Source: Acidobacteriota bacterium (GTDB lineage: Bacteria > Acidobacteriota > UBA6911 > RPQK01 > DATIPO01). Taken from it: a stretch of DNA of 64,000 bases. The notes beneath the pieces were generated by a model. The model was not told where the DNA came from, did no database searches, and worked only from the letters and a program-made list of their open reading frames with translations. This document shows positions 58,091-64,000 of the stretch, piece by piece. The position numbers and the translations under genes are program-made. Every line of letters starts with the position of its first letter. Positions within the stretch are counted from its first letter, which is position 1. Location of the stretch: NCBI GenBank assembly GCA_035471925.1, contig DATIPO010000059.1:21003-85002 (forward strand), read 5' to 3'.

Positions 58091-61000
58091 ATGCCTGTGA
58101 AATCATCTATCGCCATGGTTCTGTTGTGGCTGGCGGGGTTGACCCCGCTGATTGCCCAGCCCACCTTCTCGAAAGTGTTCACGCCCGATACGATTGGGCC
58201 AGACAGCGCCAGCCGCCTGCGCTTTGACATCACCAACGGCAGTCCCGTACCAGTGGAGAACCTGGCCTTTACCGACATCCTGCCCGCCGGCCTCAGCATC
58301 GTTGACCCCACGGTGTTGACCAACACCTGCGGGGGAACGCTGACCGCGCCCGATGGAGGAGACACCATCACGCTGAGCGGAGGCATGGTGGCCGGCAGCG
58401 GCGCATGCTTCATCGAGGTGGATGTGACAGGTTCGATGGCTGGCACCTTCATGAACGTCTCGGGCGATTTGACCTCTGATGCCGGAAACAGCGGTCCGGC
58501 TACCGACGACTTGACGATCAGCACCGACCGTCCCCTGTTCAGCAAGAGCTTTTCTCCGCCCTCCATTCCCTTCGGGGCCCGCTCCACTCTGACATTCACG
58601 ATCGAGAACCAGACCATGGGATTCTTCGTCGGCCTGGCCTTTGTCGATGATTTGCCGACGGGAATGGAGATTGCCGACCCACCTGCCCTCACCAATACTT
58701 GCGGTGGAACTCTGACCGCCACCTCCGGCACCACCTCGATTTCCCTGCTGAATGGCATTCTCGCGGGGCTCAGCACCTGCGAGATCAGTTTCGACGTGGT
58801 GGCTCGCGCCGCGGGCGTGCTGATCAACTCGTCCGGCGCGCTGGCCGCCCGCAATCAGATCAATCAAGACCGCGCCAGCGGATTCGCCAACGCCGACCTG
58901 CAAGTCATCACTGAGACCGTAGGCATCGAAAAGGCCTTTACCGATGATCCTGTTCCGCCCGGCGGCACGGTGACGCTCGAGTTCACCATCAGCAACCGCG
59001 ACCGCGATTTCGAAGCGGTCAACGTCGCCTTCAGCGACAACTTGGATGCCACCCTGACAGGATTAGTGGCCACAGGGCTGCCCCAAATGGACGTGTGTGG
59101 CCCAGGCTCACTGCTCTCCGGAACCAGCTCCGTCTCTCTCACAGGCGGGTCAATCCCCGCTGGCGACTCCTGTACTTTCAGCGTGACCTTGCAGGTACCG
59201 GCGGCGGCCGTTCCTGATGAATATCCCAACGTTTCATCTGGCGTGTCGGGCGATTTGGGCGGTGTGGGCTTCATGAGCCAGGGCGCTCAGGACAGCCTTT
59301 TCGTAACCGGGGCCCCGGTGTTGACCAAGACTTTTCTAACCAACCCTGTCGGAGCCGGCGATACGACCACCATTGAGTTCACGATCGACAACGCCAACGA
59401 CGCCTCCGTTTCCAGCATCGCCTTTTCCGACAACCTGACGGCCTTTCTTTCCGGCGCAATGGTGACTTCGCTGCCGGCGAGTGGTTTTTGCGGAGGAGGA
59501 TCGACGCTGGTTACGGCGGTGGTTACAGGCGAGCTGTTTCTCTTCATGAGCAACGGCTCCCTCCCCGCCAATGACTCCTGCACTTTCCAGGTGGATCTCC
59601 TCATCCCCGAAGGCGGCAGCGGCGGAGACTTCGTCAACACGACATCCAATATCACCGCCGACTTGGAAATCATCGACATGCCCCCGGAGCCCCAGACGGG
59701 CAATTCAGCCAGCGCCACGCTTACAGTGGTGGGGGGACCGCTTCTGTCCAAGGCTTTCACCGACGATCCGGTGGACGCGGGCCAGACGGTGACGCTGGAA
59801 TTCACCCTGACCCACGATGAATTCGCGCCCGCTGACGCCACGGGAATTACCTTCACCGACGAGTTGAATGCCGTCGTGGCGGGTCTGGCGGCCGTCGGCT
59901 TGCCCCAAAACGACATTTGCGGCATGGGCTCTCAGATCTCTGGAAGCAGCCTCCTGACCCTGACGGGTGGGGCGTTGGCACCGGGCGCGTCCTGTACTTT
60001 CGCGGTGACGCTGCAGGTCCCCGCTGGAGCCTTGCCCGGCAGCTTCCTCAATACCACTTCTTTGGTGACCTCGACTGTATCAGGGGTCACGACCAGCAGC
60101 GCCGCAGCGAGCGACACGCTGATCATCGGCGGCGTGGAATTCACCAAGACGTTCATCGGTGATCCAGTTGCACCGGGCGATACCGTCGATCTTGAATTCA
60201 CTATCACCAACGACACCCTCTCCGACGTGACAGGTTTCTTCTTCACCGACAGCCTGAGTTCCGTGATTTCGGGCTTGCAAGTCGAGGGCGCTCTGCCCAC
60301 CGAGCCCTGCGGAGTGGGTTCGTCGGTGAGTGGAACCACCAACCTGATCTTCTCGGGGGGTATGGTGACGGCAGGGACTTTCTGCACTTTCAGCGTCACT
60401 CTCAGGGTCCCAATGGGCGCGGACGGCGACTTTCCAAATGTGACGAGTTTTCCGACCTTCATGATCGGGGGTCAAGCCGCCTCGCTTGAACCGGCCACCG
60501 ACATACTCTCCGTCACTTCGGAGCTTCTCTCGATTTCCAAGTCGTTTACGGGCGATCCTGTGCCTCCGGGAGGGACGGTGACGCTGGAATTCACAGTCAC
60601 CAACCTCAGCCCCTCCAGCCAGGCGGACTCCATTACCTTCACCGACGACCTGGACGCCGCTCTTTCCGGTCTCGAGGCAGTAGGCTTGCCGGTCAACGAC
60701 GTTTGCGGCATGGGCTCGCAGTTGAGCGGAACCAGCCTCCTGACTCTTACTGGGGGCGTGCTCTCCGCCGGCGGATCCTGCACCTTCGACGTGACCCTCC
60801 AGGTGCCCGCCATGGTGCCGGGCGGGCTGAGCTTTACCAACACCACCAGCAGCGTGAGCGGGCAGATCAACGGAATTGCCGTCACCGGTCCCCCGGCCTC
60901 CGACAACTTGCTGGTCAGCCTCCTGTCGTTGAGCAAGCAGTTTCTGAGCGCCGCGGTTCCCAATGGCAGCGTCACGCTGCGCTTTATGATCGAGAATCTG

Positions 61001-63664
61001 AGTTCCAGCGTGGCGGCATCCGGTTTGGCCTTCACCGACGACCTTGACGCCGTCATTTCGGGGTTGGTCGCCAGCGGTTTGCCCGCCAACGATGTTTGCG
61101 GAATGGGCTCCCAGATCTCGGGAACCTCCTTTCTCACCTTCACCGGGGGTTCGCTGGCCCCGCTGGCGTCATGCACCTTTGACGTCACCCTGCAGGTACC
61201 GGGGAGTGCCGTTCCTGGAAGTTTTCTAAACTCCAGCAGTGACCTTTTTCAGTCGGGACTCGATGTGGCTCCTTCGTCAAGCGACTCGCTGATCATTGAG
61301 CCGCCGCCAACCTTCGGCAAGGCTTTTTCCAGTCCCGTCACCATCATCGGCGGCACGGTGACCCTGACCTTCACGATCGACAACAGCGCCAGTTCGCTGG
61401 CGGCCACCGGGCTGAATTTCACCGACGGCCTGCCGGCTGGCTTGCAGGTGGCATTGGTTCCCAACGCATCCACCACCTGCACGGGGGGAACCCTGACCGC
61501 AGTTGCCGGTTCAGGCACCATCAGCTACACCGGAGGAACGGTGGCGGCCGGCAGTTCCTGCACGGTTCAGGTGGACGTGACAGGCGTTGGGGCGGGGAAT
61601 CAAAACAACGTGTCGGGCGACTTGACCTCCTCCTCCGGCAACAGCGGCCCGGCTTCCGATTCCATCACCGTCAATCCGCCTCCAGGCTTCACCAAGGTCT
61701 TCGCACCCGATACTATTCCGGTGGGCACCAACAGCACCCTGACTTTCACCATCGACAATAGCGCCAGCACGGTGGACGCGACGGGATTGACCTTTAGCGA
61801 CGATCTGCCCACCAACGTGATCGTGGCCACCCCGCCCAACGCCTCCACCACCTGTACCGGCGGCACTCTGACAGCCGCAGCGGCGTCTTCCCAGATTTCC
61901 TATAGCGGAGGGGCGGTGTCGGCCGGGGCCTCCTGCACGGTGCAGGTCGATGTCACGGGAAGCACGTCCGGGATGTTCGTCAATACTTCCGGCAACTTGA
62001 CTTCGAACCTGGGCAACAGCGGGACCGCCAGCGATACCCTGTTCGTCAACGATCCTCCGCTTTTCTCCAAGAGCTTTGCGCCCGACACCATCCTTGTCGG
62101 TGGAATCAGCACTTTGACCTTCACCCTCGACAACTCCTCCAGCACGGCAGACGCAACCGGACTTAGCTTCCTTGACAACCTGCCAGCCGAGGTCGAAATC
62201 GCCTCGCCCTCCAATGCCTCCACAACTTGCACGGGAGGCACGCTGACGGCGGTGGCGGGATCGACGCAGATCTCCTACAGCGGGGGGACGGTGGGAGCCT
62301 CCTCGGTCTGCACCCTCCAAGTCGACGTCACCGGCGTGGCGGGAGGCATCGGCAGCAACGTCAGCGGCGACTTGACGTCGTCGCTGGGAAACAGCGGGAC
62401 GGCCAGCGACACCATCACCGTCAATGCTCCGCCCCTCTTCAGCAAGAGCTTTGCGCCCGACACCATTCCCCTCGAAACGGTCAGCACCTTGACCTTCACT
62501 ATTGAAAACAACGCCAGCGTGGCCGATGCGACGGGGCTCGATTTCGTCGACGACCTGCCCGCCGATGTCGTTGTGGCCTCACCGGCCAATGCCTCAACCA
62601 CCTGCACGGGAGGCACGCTGACGGCGGTGGAAGGGTCGTCTCAGATCTCCTACACCGGCGGAACGGTTGTCGCTTCCGCAACCTGCACCGTTCAAGCCGA
62701 CGTCACGGGCAACGCCGCGGGCGTCAAGAACAACCTATCGGGAGATCTGACGTCCTCCTTGGGCAACAGCGGCACGGCCGCGGCGTCCCTGACCGTCAAC
62801 CCGCCGCCCACCTTCGCCAAGAGCTTTGCGCCCAATCCCATCCCGCAAGGCACGGACACTACCCTGACCTTTACGATTGACAACAGCGCCAGTACAGCCG
62901 AGGCCACGGGGCTGGACTTTAGCGACGACCTTCCGGCCGGCATAACGGTCTCGGCTACGCCCAACGCCTCCACAACCTGCACCGGAGGCACCCTGACGGC
63001 CAGCGCCGGATCGTCGCAGATCACCTACAGCGGCGGGACGGTCGGTGCCGGAGCTTCGTGCACGCTTCAGGTGGACGTGACCGGGAATGACTCCGGCATG
63101 CAGGTCAACACCACGGGCAATCTGACCTCCTCGCTGGGCGACAGCGGAACCGCCAGCGATACCCTGACCGTCAATGCCCCCACTACCTTTACCAAGGCTT
63201 TCTCCACTCCGGCGGCGGTGACCGGGCAAGTCTTCACCCTGATCTTCACCATCGACAACTCCACCAGCACCGCCGCCGCCACGGGACTCAGCTTCTTGGA
63301 CAACCTTCCCATGGGGATGACGGTGGCCGATCCAGCCAACGCTTCGACGACCTGCACGGGAGGGACTTTGACAGCCGTGTCCGGCTCAGATCAGGTGTCC
63401 TACACGGGAGGGTCGGTGGCGGCCATGGCGGTTTGTACCGTCCAGGTAGACGTCACGGTGTCTGGCGACAGCGGATCGTTGTCCAACACCACTGAGGAGT
63501 TGACCTCCTCGCTGGGCAGCAGCGGAACCGCCACTGCCGACATCCAAGTGATTCCTGGGGATGTGGAAGAGATTCCCGTCCTCAGTCCTTGGGGCCTTGT
63601 GGGACTGGCGGGGCTGCTCATCCTGGCCGCTTGGAGACGATTGTCGAGGAGAGGCGCAGGCTAG
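58091..63664 (+). CDS. Giant secreted repeat protein (1857 aa, 14 Ig-like/DUF11-like repeats) with an IPTL-CTERM-like sorting tail
   Basis: Signal peptide MPVKSSIAMVLLWLAGLTPLIAQ, 14 tandem repeats of 124-140 aa, and C-terminus IPVLSPWGLVGLAGLLILAAWRRLSRR. ATG 58091 is preferred over the listed start at 58025. Confidence 0.85.
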   Translation: MPVKSSIAMVLLWLAGLTPLIAQPTFSKVFTPDTIGPDSASRLRFDITNGSPVPVENLAFTDILPAGLSIVDPTVLTNTCGGTLTAPDGGDTITLSGGMVAGSGACFIEVDVTGSMAGTFMNVSGDLTSDAGNSGPATDDLTISTDRPLFSKSFSPPSIPFGARSTLTFTIENQTMGFFVGLAFVDDLPTGMEIADPPALTNTCGGTLTATSGTTSISLLNGILAGLSTCEISFDVVARAAGVLINSSGALAARNQINQDRASGFANADLQVITETVGIEKAFTDDPVPPGGTVTLEFTISNRDRDFEAVNVAFSDNLDATLTGLVATGLPQMDVCGPGSLLSGTSSVSLTGGSIPAGDSCTFSVTLQVPAAAVPDEYPNVSSGVSGDLGGVGFMSQGAQDSLFVTGAPVLTKTFLTNPVGAGDTTTIEFTIDNANDASVSSIAFSDNLTAFLSGAMVTSLPASGFCGGGSTLVTAVVTGELFLFMSNGSLPANDSCTFQVDLLIPEGGSGGDFVNTTSNITADLEIIDMPPEPQTGNSASATLTVVGGPLLSKAFTDDPVDAGQTVTLEFTLTHDEFAPADATGITFTDELNAVVAGLAAVGLPQNDICGMGSQISGSSLLTLTGGALAPGASCTFAVTLQVPAGALPGSFLNTTSLVTSTVSGVTTSSAAASDTLIIGGVEFTKTFIGDPVAPGDTVDLEFTITNDTLSDVTGFFFTDSLSSVISGLQVEGALPTEPCGVGSSVSGTTNLIFSGGMVTAGTFCTFSVTLRVPMGADGDFPNVTSFPTFMIGGQAASLEPATDILSVTSELLSISKSFTGDPVPPGGTVTLEFTVTNLSPSSQADSITFTDDLDAALSGLEAVGLPVNDVCGMGSQLSGTSLLTLTGGVLSAGGSCTFDVTLQVPAMVPGGLSFTNTTSSVSGQINGIAVTGPPASDNLLVSLLSLSKQFLSAAVPNGSVTLRFMIENLSSSVAASGLAFTDDLDAVISGLVASGLPANDVCGMGSQISGTSFLTFTGGSLAPLASCTFDVTLQVPGSAVPGSFLNSSSDLFQSGLDVAPSSSDSLIIEPPPTFGKAFSSPVTIIGGTVTLTFTIDNSASSLAATGLNFTDGLPAGLQVALVPNASTTCTGGTLTAVAGSGTISYTGGTVAAGSSCTVQVDVTGVGAGNQNNVSGDLTSSSGNSGPASDSITVNPPPGFTKVFAPDTIPVGTNSTLTFTIDNSASTVDATGLTFSDDLPTNVIVATPPNASTTCTGGTLTAAAASSQISYSGGAVSAGASCTVQVDVTGSTSGMFVNTSGNLTSNLGNSGTASDTLFVNDPPLFSKSFAPDTILVGGISTLTFTLDNSSSTADATGLSFLDNLPAEVEIASPSNASTTCTGGTLTAVAGSTQISYSGGTVGASSVCTLQVDVTGVAGGIGSNVSGDLTSSLGNSGTASDTITVNAPPLFSKSFAPDTIPLETVSTLTFTIENNASVADATGLDFVDDLPADVVVASPANASTTCTGGTLTAVEGSSQISYTGGTVVASATCTVQADVTGNAAGVKNNLSGDLTSSLGNSGTAAASLTVNPPPTFAKSFAPNPIPQGTDTTLTFTIDNSASTAEATGLDFSDDLPAGITVSATPNASTTCTGGTLTASAGSSQITYSGGTVGAGASCTLQVDVTGNDSGMQVNTTGNLTSSLGDSGTASDTLTVNAPTTFTKAFSTPAAVTGQVFTLIFTIDNSTSTAAATGLSFLDNLPMGMTVADPANASTTCTGGTLTAVSGSDQVSYTGGSVAAMAVCTVQVDVTVSGDSGSLSNTTEELTSSLGSSGTATADIQVIPGDVEEIPVLSPWGLVGLAGLLILAAWRRLSRRGAG
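58160..58918 (+). repeat. Two type-A coding repeats (about 125 aa; ...F.D.LP.G......TNTCGGTLTA...G....C.I.VDV.)
   Basis: Periodicity read from the translation. Confidence 0.8.
58919..61306 (+). repeat. Six type-B coding repeats (about 133 aa; ...F.DDPV..G.TVTLEFT......F.D.L.A..SGL.A.GLP..DVCGMGSQ.SGTS.LTLTGG.L....SCTF.VTLQVP)
   Basis: Periodicity read from the translation. Confidence 0.8.
61307..63571 (+). repeat. Six type-A coding repeats (about 126 aa; P.F.K.FAPDTI....STLTFTIDNSAS...ATGL.F.D.LP.......NASTTCTGGTLTA..GS.QISY.GG.V....SCT.QVDVTG), highly similar at the DNA level
   Basis: Periodicity read from the translation and from recurring DNA strings such as aacgcctccaccacctg. Confidence 0.85.
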
Positions 63665-64000
63665 GCTCCCTCGTCCGAATGCCACCATTCGCGCAGCTCG
63701 CTGCACAGTCCGTCGCGCTTAAATCGGAGCAGAAAGATACCGTCGAGCCGGACTTGCGTCTCCGATGCCTTTCGTGTGAAAGAGCAGCTCCAGTGCGCAA
63801 TGCTGAGCTCGGCATCGTTGGCCAGGATGCGCCATCCGAAGCAGATTTCTTGCTGGGTTGAGGTGGCCTCTCGGAAAGCCTCAGCCAGTTCCTTCCGGCC
63901 CTTTTGGGGCTCCTGGAAGGGCGTCCAGAAGTAGCGGACATCTGGGGTGAAAAGTGCCGTAAAGGCATCGGCATCGGTCTCCTGCCAGGCCTCTCCGTAG
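63661..64000 (-). CDS. NTF2-like/SnoaL-like (DUF4440-like) protein, 5'-partial (N-terminus beyond the right window edge)
   Basis: This frame is not in the ORF track because no start lies in the window. The reverse frame from 63999 reads YGEAWQETDADAFTALFTPDVRYFWTPF...ELAEAF...CFGWRILANDAELSIAHWSCSF...VRLDGIFLLRFKRDGLCSELREWWH, with a stop at 63661-63663. Confidence 0.6.
   Translation of the reverse strand, partial: YGEAWQETDADAFTALFTPDVRYFWTPFQEPQKGRKELAEAFREATSTQQEICFGWRILANDAELSIAHWSCSFTRKASETQVRLDGIFLLRFKRDGLCSELREWWHSDEGA

Noticed and set aside
58160-63571. The periodic DNA repeats (period about 375-400 nt) as a CRISPR array or a non-coding satellite.
   Set aside because: The period is far too long, there is no short repeat plus unique spacer structure, and the whole block is one uninterrupted reading frame that encodes Ig-like protein repeats.
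63661-63664. Convergent genes that share or overlap stop codons: CTAG at 63661-63664, the 47530-47533 overlap, and the 26-nt overlap at 28909-28934.
   Set aside because: Short convergent 3' overlaps are common in compact GC-rich genomes. Nothing suggests a special function.

Overview
This is a GC-rich (judged by eye) bacterial chromosomal segment with about 47 protein-coding genes. I found no rRNA, tRNA, CRISPR array, transposase or integrase. The gene content suggests an Acidobacteriota-like organism, which is an inference only. That content includes PadR next to a duplicated MacB/FtsX-type orphan permease, three Hanks-type Ser/Thr kinases and two ECF sigma factors. It also includes secreted TPR, Kelch and DUF4331 proteins and a 1857-aa repeat protein with an IPTL-CTERM-like tail. 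Recognisable housekeeping genes are ftsH, trxB, tyrS, a UbiD-family decarboxylase and a YbaK/ProX-type editing protein. Two paralogous CoxS-CoxL-CoxM-type molybdo-flavoprotein loci are present (13.8-17.6 kb on the + strand, 48.6-54.0 kb on the - strand). Both carry the form-II AYRGAGR-type active-site loop. The strongest candidate for a new system is a tight four-gene minus-strand operon at 41.4-47.0 kb. It encodes a LodA/GoxA-like quinoprotein split into two cistrons, a radical SAM/SPASM enzyme and a LodB/QhpG-like flavoprotein. This looks like a hybrid of the two known cysteine tryptophylquinone biogenesis routes. Other leads: a cytoplasmic S8 peptidase + MBL-fold pair; a tandem C-terminal module shared by three otherwise unrelated secreted proteins; a histidine-kinase-like protein lacking the phospho-acceptor His; an ECF sigma/Ser-Thr kinase pair with a duplicated promoter-like motif; a secreted PI3/4-kinase-like protein; a leaderless-mRNA signature at several genes; and a candidate small RNA ending at a textbook terminator. 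All family assignments come from motif recognition in the translations and are not database hits.
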